The notes under the pieces are model-generated. The model was given only the letters and a program-made list of their open reading frames with translations, was not told the origin of the DNA and made no database searches. Shown here piece by piece: positions 6,554-15,484 of a stretch of DNA of 64,000 bases. This DNA comes from a virus, in the IMG/VR virus record IMGVR_UViG_3300032249_000861, positions 1 through 64,000 of that record, one strand, 5' to 3'. How positions within the stretch are numbered: the stretch's first letter is position 1; each line of letters opens with the position of its first letter. The translations under genes and the position numbers were made by a program.

Positions 6554-8359
6554 CTACTCCACAGTCACACTTTTTGCTAAATTTCTTGGCTTATCAACGT
6601 TTAAGTTCAATTTTATAGCATAATAATAGGCTAATAGCTGAAGAGGTATCACAGACAATAGTGGACTTAGCTGATCTATTGTTGAAGGAACCAGAATATC
6701 ACAATGTTCTTGAGATCCTAATAATATTACAGGACCATTTCTTGCTTTTATTTCTTGAATATTATTTTGAAGCTTCTGATATTGATCCATGTTGTTTGCT
6801 ATAACTAAAGTTGGAGTATCTTTATCAACCAAAGCTAAAGGCCCGTGTTTCATCTCTGCTGCAGCATATCCTTCAGCATGAATATAGCTTATCTCTTTAA
6901 GTTTTAAAGCGCCCTCTAAAGCTATTGGAAAGTTGTATCCTCGTCCAAGAAACAAACAATTTTTAATGCTTTTGTATTTTTCAACTGTTTGTATTAGCTG
7001 ATCACTATCGCTTAGTGTTTTTTTAATTAAGTATGGTAGTTGTAGTATGTTACTAATTAAATTTTTTCTAATATTAGTATTAGAGTTTTCTTGATTTTGA
7101 TTTATCCATAACGATAATAGAAGCAATACCAAAACCTGATTCAAAAAAGTTTTAGTACTAGCTACTCCTATTTCTACTCCTGATCTTAAGAAGATACCAC
7201 AATCTGTCATTCGTGCCATTGTTGAATTAGGAACATTACATATACCAATAATAGTAGCTCCTTGAGCTTTTGCTTTTTCTAATGCTGATAATGTATCTGC
7301 AGTTTCCCCACTTTGACTAATTCCAATAACAATATCACCAGGACCAATTGCTGTTGTTCGATATTTAAATTCACTAGCATACTCAACACTAACTTTAATA
7401 TTATTTAATTCTTCTATGTAGTACTTGCCCAATAATCCAGCATTCCAACTGGACCCACATGCTACTATGGTAATATGATTAGCAGATGCTAATATCTTTT
7501 CATATCCTAATAATCCCCCTAGTCTAATACTATCTTTAAAAAGCCTGCCACTAAAACATTGAGCTATAGTATCAGGTTGTTCATTTATCTCCTTAAGCAT
7601 GTAAGAATCATAAGCCCCCTTGTCAGAAGGCATTCTATGATCTAACACCTTTTCAATTTCACAATCCACCTCAACACCACATGTCATATCATATGTAATG
7701 ATTTGATCACCGATTTGACATATGTTATTATCTTTCAAATAGATTAGATCTGTAATATTTTCATCAATGCCCATCTTATCAGAAGACACATAATATTCCT
7801 GATCACCCACCCCGACTATTAAAGAGCTTCCTTTTCTTGCACAAACAAGAGTATTAGGATTATCTTTGTCAACAATTACAATAGCATAAGCCCCCATAAC
7901 TTGTTCTAAAGCCAATTTAACAGCTTCAAATAACGACAGATTATTTAAAATCATAATATCGTATACCAGATATAATAATACTTCGCTGTCAGTATCTGAA
8001 GAAAAATTATATTTCTTAGAAAGTTCAGCTTTTAAATCTTTATAATTCTCAATGATACCGTTATGAACTAAAGACAACCGCCTATCTTCTGTAACATGAG
8101 GATGACAGTTGTTAACAGATGGTTGTCCATGAGTTGCCCATCTAGTATGAGAGATAGCACAGTATGATCTCAATAATGACGAGCCTACCTCTTTTTTTAA
8201 AGATTCTACTGGCCCCACAGACTTATAAACTTTAAATTCTGGACCACAAACATAGCACACCCCAGCACTATCATAGCCTCTATATTCTAGATGAGATAGT
8301 TTGTCTAATATATTGTTAGAGCAGTTGTTCTTTCCTATATATGCTACAATTCCGCACAT
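6554..8359 (-). CDS. glmS: Glutamine--fructose-6-phosphate aminotransferase
   Basis: N-terminal MCGIV, YRGYDSAG, HTRWATHG, HNGIIEN, SQSGETADT, EMKHGP, C-terminal PRNLAKSVTVE. Confidence 0.98.
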   Translation of the reverse strand: MCGIVAYIGKNNCSNNILDKLSHLEYRGYDSAGVCYVCGPEFKVYKSVGPVESLKKEVGSSLLRSYCAISHTRWATHGQPSVNNCHPHVTEDRRLSLVHNGIIENYKDLKAELSKKYNFSSDTDSEVLLYLVYDIMILNNLSLFEAVKLALEQVMGAYAIVIVDKDNPNTLVCARKGSSLIVGVGDQEYYVSSDKMGIDENITDLIYLKDNNICQIGDQIITYDMTCGVEVDCEIEKVLDHRMPSDKGAYDSYMLKEINEQPDTIAQCFSGRLFKDSIRLGGLLGYEKILASANHITIVACGSSWNAGLLGKYYIEELNNIKVSVEYASEFKYRTTAIGPGDIVIGISQSGETADTLSALEKAKAQGATIIGICNVPNSTMARMTDCGIFLRSGVEIGVASTKTFLNQVLVLLLLSLWINQNQENSNTNIRKNLISNILQLPYLIKKTLSDSDQLIQTVEKYKSIKNCLFLGRGYNFPIALEGALKLKEISYIHAEGYAAAEMKHGPLALVDKDTPTLVIANNMDQYQKLQNNIQEIKARNGPVILLGSQEHCDILVPSTIDQLSPLLSVIPLQLLAYYYAIKLNLNVDKPRNLAKSVTVE

Positions 8360-9282
8360 GATTTAGTAGTTAAGTACCATTCTATAGTTGTTTTTAATCC
8401 TGATGTAAAATCTTGTTTCGGTTCCCAGTCTAATAACTGTTTAGCTTTAGCAATATTCAAAACTCTTCGTGGCTGGCCATTTGGTTTATCACTATCCCAA
8501 AGAATATCTCCTCTATAATTAACCAACTCTTTAATCTTATCAGCTAACAATAGAATACTAATTTCTTTATTAGACCCAATATTAATAGGACTAGGATCCT
8601 TAACCTTCTCCATGCCGTTAACTATCGCCCTTGCAGCATCCTGCACATACAAAAACTCTCTTGTTGCTGATCCGTCTCCCCAACAAGAAACATTGGGGAA
8701 GTTATATTTTTTAGCTATGACAAATTTTCTAATTAGCGCAGGAATAACATGAGAAGAAGCTGGATCAAAGTTATCAAAAGGTCCATACAGATTAGTTGGT
8801 ACTATTACACAACTATTTAATCCATATTGTTTTTTATAAGCCTCTAACATAACAAACAAAGCCTTTTTAGCAACACCATACGGAGCATTAGTTTCTTCAG
8901 GATATCCATCCCAAATATCTTCTTCCATAAAAGGAGCATCACAAAATTTTGGATAAGCACATACTGTACCAATTTGAACAAACTGGCTAACCCCGTATAA
9001 TCTGCTCATCTCAATAAGATTAGATCCCATAACCATATTACTATAGAAGAATCTTCCAGGATTGGCCATATTCGCCCCGATACCTCCAACCTCTGCTGCC
9101 AGATGAATCACAGTATCAGGCTTATGCTCTTCAAATAGTTTTTTAACAGTATTATAATCAGTTAGATCATAGTCTTTCTTACGGGGGATAAATATATCGG
9201 TTTGGCCGTAATTCCTATTCAATAGTTCCTGATAAACAAATCGGCCTAAAAATCCACCACCACCAGTTAATAATATTTTCAT
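8344..9282 (-). CDS. fcl: GDP-L-fucose synthase (epimerase/reductase)
   Basis: GGGGFLG, HLAAEVGGIGAN, GTVCAYPK, YGVAKK, PTNLYGP, SHVIPALIRK, REFLYV. Confidence 0.95.
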   Translation of the reverse strand: MKILLTGGGGFLGRFVYQELLNRNYGQTDIFIPRKKDYDLTDYNTVKKLFEEHKPDTVIHLAAEVGGIGANMANPGRFFYSNMVMGSNLIEMSRLYGVSQFVQIGTVCAYPKFCDAPFMEEDIWDGYPEETNAPYGVAKKALFVMLEAYKKQYGLNSCVIVPTNLYGPFDNFDPASSHVIPALIRKFVIAKKYNFPNVSCWGDGSATREFLYVQDAARAIVNGMEKVKDPSPINIGSNKEISILLLADKIKELVNYRGDILWDSDKPNGQPRRVLNIAKAKQLLDWEPKQDFTSGLKTTIEWYLTTKSCAEL

Positions 9283-9311
9283 ATCTTATTTTTTTTCCTA
9301 TATTCTATACT

Positions 9312-9626
9312 TTAATACCTATAAGGAGCAACCATCATACCATTGCTATAATATGAACCAGGATTACCAAACCAACAAAGCCCATGATAATATACGGGGG
9401 TAATATGCTGGTATTGATAAATCGTAAAATTAGGTATGACTATTGGCCGAAATTCCCAAGTATGTACTAACACTTCTTTCTGCACCAATACTAGAACAAA
9501 AGAAACGTTTGGAGCTTGAGAGTATACTATTGATTGAGACGGAACAGTTTGATATATAACATCTTGACCATAAGAAACTGAACAAAACGTTAGGGCCAAA
9601 AGAAATAAGACACTTTTAATCATCAT
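9312..9626 (-). CDS. Secreted Pro/Val/Tyr-rich small protein
   Basis: Signal peptide; C-terminal PYRY. Confidence 0.65.
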   Translation of the reverse strand: MMIKSVLFLLALTFCSVSYGQDVIYQTVPSQSIVYSQAPNVSFVLVLVQKEVLVHTWEFRPIVIPNFTIYQYQHITPVYYHGLCWFGNPGSYYSNGMMVAPYRY

Positions 9627-9695
9627 AAGATGCTTCCTTTACATGAGAAAATAAGAATATTAGTATTATGATACAACTTAAACTTTTATATTCCA

Positions 9696-9732
9696 AAAAT
9701 AAAAGCTACCAGCTCAAATAAACCGGTAGCTT
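9696..9732 (-). terminator. Putative intrinsic terminator
   Basis: AAGCTACC...GGTAGCTT stem followed by a T-run on the minus strand, after ORF 9762..9992. Confidence 0.5.
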
Positions 9733-9761
9733 CTATCTGTTATTAGCTATTTGTAAATAGG

Positions 9762-9992
9762 TCAATTAATTGATGACGGAACAGCATCATCTGATACCTT
9801 AACAATCTTACGAGGACGACCCCTACTCTTCTTAAGAGCAAGCTTTCTTCGCTGTCTTCGCACCATAGCAGTAGTAACATTCTCTCCAGTCATCTTACTA
9901 AGAGATCCGGCCAGAAATTCGTCACACAAACTTGTGTGGTTGTTTTGAATATAGTCCAGTTCAGCAGATGTCCACTTCTTATAGTTGGCCAT
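9762..9992 (-). CDS. Small DNA-binding protein (Myb/HTH-like, with an AT-hook-like RGRPRK)
   Basis: KWTSAELDYI...VRRQRRKL...SRGRPRK; AGGAG RBS. Confidence 0.65.
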   Translation of the reverse strand: MANYKKWTSAELDYIQNNHTSLCDEFLAGSLSKMTGENVTTAMVRRQRRKLALKKSRGRPRKIVKVSDDAVPSSIN

Positions 9993-10214
9993 AATAACTC
10001 CTTAAAAAAATCTTGTTTAATAATTGACAATTTGTCCAATGAACATATTATAGTAAGAGTTGGCAAGTTTGAGGCAACAAAAAAATGAATGAAAATAATA
10101 TAAAAACTAATAACATTATCGACTCTGTATTGTATATCAGGGCATCGGGCAGTATAGAGGACGTATCCTCAGATCTAGAGTCTCAGCCCACAAAAACCAT
10201 AGCTCAACTACTAG

Positions 10215-10898
10215 ATGAAAAAACAAAAGAAACCCATACCGATCAAGATAAAACCTCAAACTAATTTACCGAATGGCGTAAATACAGAAGAGTTTTTACA
10301 AGCGTTAGAAAATATTAGCAAAAGATTAGCTAATAAATTTAGGTTTGCATATCATAGCGTAGAGGACATGAAACAACAAGCAGCAATATTCGCTCTTGAG
10401 GGTTTGGAAAACTATGATAATAAAAGACCATTAGAGAATTTCTTATGGACTCATGTTCGCAATCGTTTATTTAATTACAAACGAAACAACTATCAGCGAC
10501 CAGACAAGCCTTGTCACTCATGCCCTTTCTTTGACAAAACCTATAAACTATCACTAAATCAATGTGAGAAATATTGTAATAAAGACGATTGTGAATTATA
10601 TTCTGCTTGGGCAAAACGTAATGAGGTTAAGAAAAATATTATACAACCATCATACATAGAAACTTCATTACATCAATCTGTTCAGCCGACAGATTTTGAT
10701 CTTAGCATACAAAATCAGGAATTAATTAAATTTCTAGACACTAGTGTTCAAAGTGAATTTCGTGAAAGTTACCTTAAACTTAAGCATGGGGCCAAAATTT
10801 CTAAGTTAGAACTTAAAAAATTACAACAACACATCTTTACTCTAATGGAGGCTAATAATTGGAAGCTAACAACATTCCAAGAAAACGAGGACAATTAA
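10215..10898 (+). CDS. Phage RNA polymerase sigma factor-like protein with a Cys-rich insertion
   Basis: Region-2-like EDMKQQAAIFALEGLENYD..PLENFLWTHVRNRLFNYKR; CHSC...CEKYC..DC cluster. Confidence 0.7.
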   Translation: MKKQKKPIPIKIKPQTNLPNGVNTEEFLQALENISKRLANKFRFAYHSVEDMKQQAAIFALEGLENYDNKRPLENFLWTHVRNRLFNYKRNNYQRPDKPCHSCPFFDKTYKLSLNQCEKYCNKDDCELYSAWAKRNEVKKNIIQPSYIETSLHQSVQPTDFDLSIQNQELIKFLDTSVQSEFRESYLKLKHGAKISKLELKKLQQHIFTLMEANNWKLTTFQENEDN

Positions 10899-11680
10899 GC
10901 CTCGACGAAGAAAAATACATTAGAGAGAACTACAAACAACTAAGTTTACAGCAAATAGCTGATAACTTAAATCGTACAGTATCTCCAGTACAAAGATATA
11001 TTTCTGAGAATCAGCTCTCTATTGTAGAAACAGATAATGATGCAGAAATATTAAAGCATAAACTTCATACTAAAACTTTCTGGCGAGAAATACAGAGACA
11101 GTTTGATGTTGATACTGGAGAACTTGCATATTTTGAAGATACTTGGATTGGTTTGATAAAACAGTTTAGAGAGGATGTTCTACCAGCCGAAGAACTACAA
11201 ATAAAACAATTTATTACTATTGATATTTTGATTAACAGAAGCATGAAGGAGCGAAAGAGACATATCGCCGAAACAGAAAAGCTTCAGAGACAAGTTGACA
11301 AAGAATATGAAAAAACAGAAACAGAAAGAGACATTCCGAAACTTGCAAACCTAGAAACCCAACTGAGCTTTGCTCGCAATAGCATTGCCAATTATACCAA
11401 TGAGTATACAAAGCTATTAAATGAACAACAAAAGATTAGTAAAGATTTAAAGGCGACCCGAGAGCAGAGAATTAAAAGAATCGAAGATGGGAAAAGTAGC
11501 TGGGTAGGATTAATTAGAATGTTAGAAGATGAAGAAGTCAGGGAGAGAGAGGGTAGGGAAATGGAAATTTTGAGCATGGCAACCGAAAAGGTTAAGAAGG
11601 AATTACAAGGATATCATAATTACCAAGACGGAGTTGTTGACAAACCACTCTTAACACCAGAAAGCATTAATAATGAATAA
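10859..11680 (+). CDS. HTH + coiled-coil protein, probable terminase small subunit
   Basis: N-terminal HTH (LSLQQIADNLNRTVSPVQRY), helical body, C-terminal LKATREQR; upstream of TerL. Confidence 0.5.
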   Translation: MEANNIPRKRGQLSLDEEKYIRENYKQLSLQQIADNLNRTVSPVQRYISENQLSIVETDNDAEILKHKLHTKTFWREIQRQFDVDTGELAYFEDTWIGLIKQFREDVLPAEELQIKQFITIDILINRSMKERKRHIAETEKLQRQVDKEYEKTETERDIPKLANLETQLSFARNSIANYTNEYTKLLNEQQKISKDLKATREQRIKRIEDGKSSWVGLIRMLEDEEVREREGREMEILSMATEKVKKELQGYHNYQDGVVDKPLLTPESINNE

Positions 11681-12677
11681 AACAGCACTTATTAGTGGAG
11701 TAACAGGACAAGACGGATCATATCTTGCAGAATTATTGCTTGATTTAGACTATTCAGTCATTGGATTATACAGAAGATCCAGTTCTTCTAATCTTGAAAG
11801 AATATCCCACATATCTAGTCCAAATCTAAAACTAGAAGAATTTGATCTGACCGACCCAAGTTCATGCCTTTCAGTAATCAATAAATATAAACCGAACGAG
11901 TTCTACAACCTAGCTGCGCAAAGTCATGTTGGAACAAGTTTCAACCAGCCAACCACAACCTTTGAAATTGATACTATTGGAGTAATTAATCTCTTGGAGA
12001 GTATCAGAAAATTTTCTCCCAGTACAAGATTCTATCAGGCCAGTACCAGCGAAATGTTTGGCTCTAATTATTCTGTAGATGTTGGAAATAACAAATATCA
12101 AAATGAAGATACTAAGTTTTTGCCACAAAGTCCCTACGCTGTTGCAAAGATGGCAAGTCATAGAATGATACAGATATATAGAGAAGCTTATGGTTTATAT
12201 ACTTGTTCTGGGATTTTATTTAATCACGAAAGTCCACGAAGAGGTGTAAATTTTGTTACTCGTAAGATAACCAATTTTATCGGTCAACTTGTTTCCGGAT
12301 CAATATCACCTGCATCAAAACTTGGATTAGGCAACTTAGAAGCTAGTAGAGACTGGGGACATGCTAGAGACTATGTTAAAGGTATGTTTTTAATGTTACA
12401 ACAAGATGAAGCAGACGATTTTGTACTGAGTACTGGAGATACATATACCGTAAGAGAATTTTGTGAAAAAGCATTTTCTCATGTTGATTTAAATTGGTCA
12501 GATTACATATTTATTGATCCAGAGTTCTATAGGCCCTGTGAAGTTAATTATCTTAAAGGTGACAGTACGAAGGCCAGAAATAAACTGGGATGGTCCCCTA
12601 ATGTATCCTTTGATGATCTGGTTAAAGATATGGTAGATAGTGATATTTCTAAATATAAAAGTAGTTCATATGTTTAA
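11673..12677 (+). CDS. gmd: GDP-mannose 4,6-dehydratase
   Basis: GVTGQDGSYLAE, YNLAAQSHV, YQASTSEMFG, SPYAVAK, GILFNHESPRRG, RDWGHARDYV. Confidence 0.97.
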   Translation: MNKTALISGVTGQDGSYLAELLLDLDYSVIGLYRRSSSSNLERISHISSPNLKLEEFDLTDPSSCLSVINKYKPNEFYNLAAQSHVGTSFNQPTTTFEIDTIGVINLLESIRKFSPSTRFYQASTSEMFGSNYSVDVGNNKYQNEDTKFLPQSPYAVAKMASHRMIQIYREAYGLYTCSGILFNHESPRRGVNFVTRKITNFIGQLVSGSISPASKLGLGNLEASRDWGHARDYVKGMFLMLQQDEADDFVLSTGDTYTVREFCEKAFSHVDLNWSDYIFIDPEFYRPCEVNYLKGDSTKARNKLGWSPNVSFDDLVKDMVDSDISKYKSSSYV

Positions 12678-12948
12678 ACGTAATTTTGATGATCCAGAAT
12701 ATAAAAAGTGGAGAACCAAGGTATACAAAAGAGACGAACACCAGTGTCAATGGATAGGGTGTACTATGAGAAAAAAACTGAATGCTCACCATATTAAAAC
12801 TTGGGCTAATTTTCCTGGTTTGAGATTTGATGTTAATAATGGAATTACTTTATGCTATTATCATCACAAATTAATCCAAGGATTAGAGCATATATACGAA
12901 GCGGTATTCTTAAAAATATTAGCGGATAAAAAAAATGACTCATTATAA
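12670..12948 (+). CDS. HNH endonuclease
   Basis: RD-x-x-x-CQ-x-x-GC, LNAHHIK, NGITLC-x-x-HH; likely start MFKRNF overlapping the gmd stop. Confidence 0.85.
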   Translation: MFKRNFDDPEYKKWRTKVYKRDEHQCQWIGCTMRKKLNAHHIKTWANFPGLRFDVNNGITLCYYHHKLIQGLEHIYEAVFLKILADKKNDSL

Positions 12949-13414
12949 TAACTTTACTATTATCGTAGACACAAGAGAACAACAACCCTGGGTTTTTGAG
13001 TCTTATACTACAGCAAATAAAAAACTGGATACCGGAGATTATAGTATAGAAGGATTAGAGCACTTAATTTGTGTTGAAAGAAAAAAGAGTGCTAGCGAAT
13101 TTGCTAATAATGTTGTAGAAAGCAGATTTAAAGATGTAATAATGAGAATGAGTAGTATTAAATATGCATTTTTATTACTAGAATTCGATCTAGAAGACCT
13201 TCTTATTTATCCTGTCGGATCTACTGTTCCTAAAAAAATGTGGGATAAAATTAAAATTAGTCCAGCTTTCTTAATTAAAAATATATTAGAGCTAGAGATG
13301 TCTCACAATATAAAAGTATTTTTCTGTGGTAATGCTACAAATGCTGCCAAGCTTGCAGAAATGATTCTTAAAAAAATTCACTACATAGAAGTGGTTAAAC
13401 AGAATAATGCTTAA
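12935..13414 (+). CDS. ERCC4/XPF-family nuclease
   Basis: IIVDTREQ, LDTGDYS, VERKK. Confidence 0.85.
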   Translation: MTHYNNFTIIVDTREQQPWVFESYTTANKKLDTGDYSIEGLEHLICVERKKSASEFANNVVESRFKDVIMRMSSIKYAFLLLEFDLEDLLIYPVGSTVPKKMWDKIKISPAFLIKNILELEMSHNIKVFFCGNATNAAKLAEMILKKIHYIEVVKQNNA

Positions 13415-15428
13415 AAATGTAGCTTTTGATAATGCGTGGCTTGGATTAGGAGACCTAACAGCTCTGTCTCTTGACGATAATCCGATGATTCATAGAAATG
13501 AACTGGATATAGAAAATCCAGATTTACATTTGATGAAATTATTAAGAAATCCAAAATATATCGGAGGTACATGCAAGTTGTTATTTAGTATAGAGCTACA
13601 TCCTATTCAAATGACAATTCTGCAAGAGCTATGGGTTAGACCATTTCCTATGTATATTGCTAGTCGTGGATGGGGCAAAAGCTTTTTACTAGCTCTATAT
13701 TGTATTATACGTATGACTTTTTATCCAGGAACAAAAATAGTAGTAGTTGGCGCTGCTTTTCGTCAAAGTAAAATCATTTTTGAATATATGGAAACCATAT
13801 GGCGCAGCAGTCCCATATTAAGGAGTATCTTTGGAGGAGGAGACGACGGTCCTCGTAGAGATGTTGATAGATGCACTATGAGACTAGGCGATAGTTGGAC
13901 AGTGGCTATTCCCATGGGTGATGGAAGTAAAATTAGAGGATTAAGAGCACATATTATTATTGCAGACGAATTTGCTTCGATATCTCCAGATATTTATGAA
14001 ACAGTAGTTTCAGGTTTCGCAGCAGTATCAGCTAGTCCAATACAGAATGTTAAAGAAGAAGCCAAAAAAGCAGCAATGGTTGAAGCTGGACTGTGGAATA
14101 CGGAATTGGAAGAACTAAATATAAAGATGGGTAATCAGGCTATTATATCAGGTACGGCAGACTATGCTTTCAAACACTTTGCAAGTTACTGGAAAAGATA
14201 CAAAGCTATTATAGAAAGTAGGGGAGATACTAAAAAATTAGAAGAAATTTTTAAAGGAGAAGTTCCTAGTAATTTTAATTGGAAAGACTATAGTATTATT
14301 AGAATGCCTTATGAGTTAATACCTAAAGGATTTATGGATGATAAACAGGTATCAAGAGCTAAGGCTACTATTCATAGCGGTATTTATAATATGGAATATG
14401 CTGCATGTTTTGTTAGTGATAGTGAAGGATTTTTCAGAAGGAGTTTGATTGAAAATTGTGTTGTGTCTAATAATAATGTTATTATAGATAATAAGCCTAT
14501 TAAATTTTCAGCAACAATTAACGGAGATCCAAATAAGCAATATATTTATGGCATCGACCCGGCATCTGAACAAGATAATTTCAGTATAGTTATATTAGAA
14601 GTTAATCCTACACATTCTCGTATAGTTTATTGCTGGACAACAAATCGTGCTAATTTTAAGGAAAGACAAAAAATAGGATTAGTTACAGAACATGATTTTT
14701 ATGGATTCTGTTGTAGAAAAATTCGTAATTTAATGAAGACTTTTACTCCTATAAGGATTGGTATGGATGCTCAAGGTGGTGGTGTTGCTATAGAAGAAGG
14801 TCTTCACGATCCAATAAAAATAGAAGCAGGAGAACATTTAATATGGCCAGTAGTAGACGATAGTAAGTCTAGAGATACTGATGATCAAACAGGATTGCAT
14901 ATTCTAGAACTTGTTCAATTTGCCAAAGCAGAATGGACTAGTCAAGCGAATCATGGTATGAGAAAAGACTTTGAGGATAAAGTATTATTATTTCCAGAAT
15001 TTGATAGCTTAACACTAGGTTTGGCGCTAGAGCAAGAAAATAAAAATATTATTACTACAGATCTAAGTTCGGCTCTTTATGATAGTTTAAGTGAGTGCAT
15101 ACTAGAAATCGAAGAATTAAAGAACGAATTAACAACTATTGTAATGACACAAACAAGTAACAATGCTAACGCTAGAGATAGATGGGATACACCCGAAACA
15201 AAACTGTCTCATGGTAAAAAGGGCCGACTAAGAAAAGATAGATATAGTGCCTTAGTAATTGCCAATATGTTAGCTCGTCAAATTAATAGAGCTCTTAAGC
15301 CAATAGACTATGATGTGATTGGTGCAGATGCTCGTAATTCCGTAAAAAGCGATGGAAAGCTATATAAGGGTCCAGATTGGTTTGTATCTGGTGCCAATGA
15401 CGATATTTATACGGGAATTTATAGATAA
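13407..15428 (+). CDS. Terminase large subunit
   Basis: Walker A ASRGWGKS, IRGLR, Walker B IIIADE, RNase H-like YGIDPA, KDRYSA. Confidence 0.92.
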   Translation: MLKNVAFDNAWLGLGDLTALSLDDNPMIHRNELDIENPDLHLMKLLRNPKYIGGTCKLLFSIELHPIQMTILQELWVRPFPMYIASRGWGKSFLLALYCIIRMTFYPGTKIVVVGAAFRQSKIIFEYMETIWRSSPILRSIFGGGDDGPRRDVDRCTMRLGDSWTVAIPMGDGSKIRGLRAHIIIADEFASISPDIYETVVSGFAAVSASPIQNVKEEAKKAAMVEAGLWNTELEELNIKMGNQAIISGTADYAFKHFASYWKRYKAIIESRGDTKKLEEIFKGEVPSNFNWKDYSIIRMPYELIPKGFMDDKQVSRAKATIHSGIYNMEYAACFVSDSEGFFRRSLIENCVVSNNNVIIDNKPIKFSATINGDPNKQYIYGIDPASEQDNFSIVILEVNPTHSRIVYCWTTNRANFKERQKIGLVTEHDFYGFCCRKIRNLMKTFTPIRIGMDAQGGGVAIEEGLHDPIKIEAGEHLIWPVVDDSKSRDTDDQTGLHILELVQFAKAEWTSQANHGMRKDFEDKVLLFPEFDSLTLGLALEQENKNIITTDLSSALYDSLSECILEIEELKNELTTIVMTQTSNNANARDRWDTPETKLSHGKKGRLRKDRYSALVIANMLARQINRALKPIDYDVIGADARNSVKSDGKLYKGPDWFVSGANDDIYTGIYR

Positions 15429-15484
15429 AAGTGTATAAGAAGTTTAATCCTTTTACATTCGCATTATAATAGTATTATAACAAT

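Noticed and set aside
10085-10264. 59-aa ORF upstream of the sigma-like gene
   Set aside because: Overlaps the next ORF by 50 nt and has no recognisable motif; cannot be supported.
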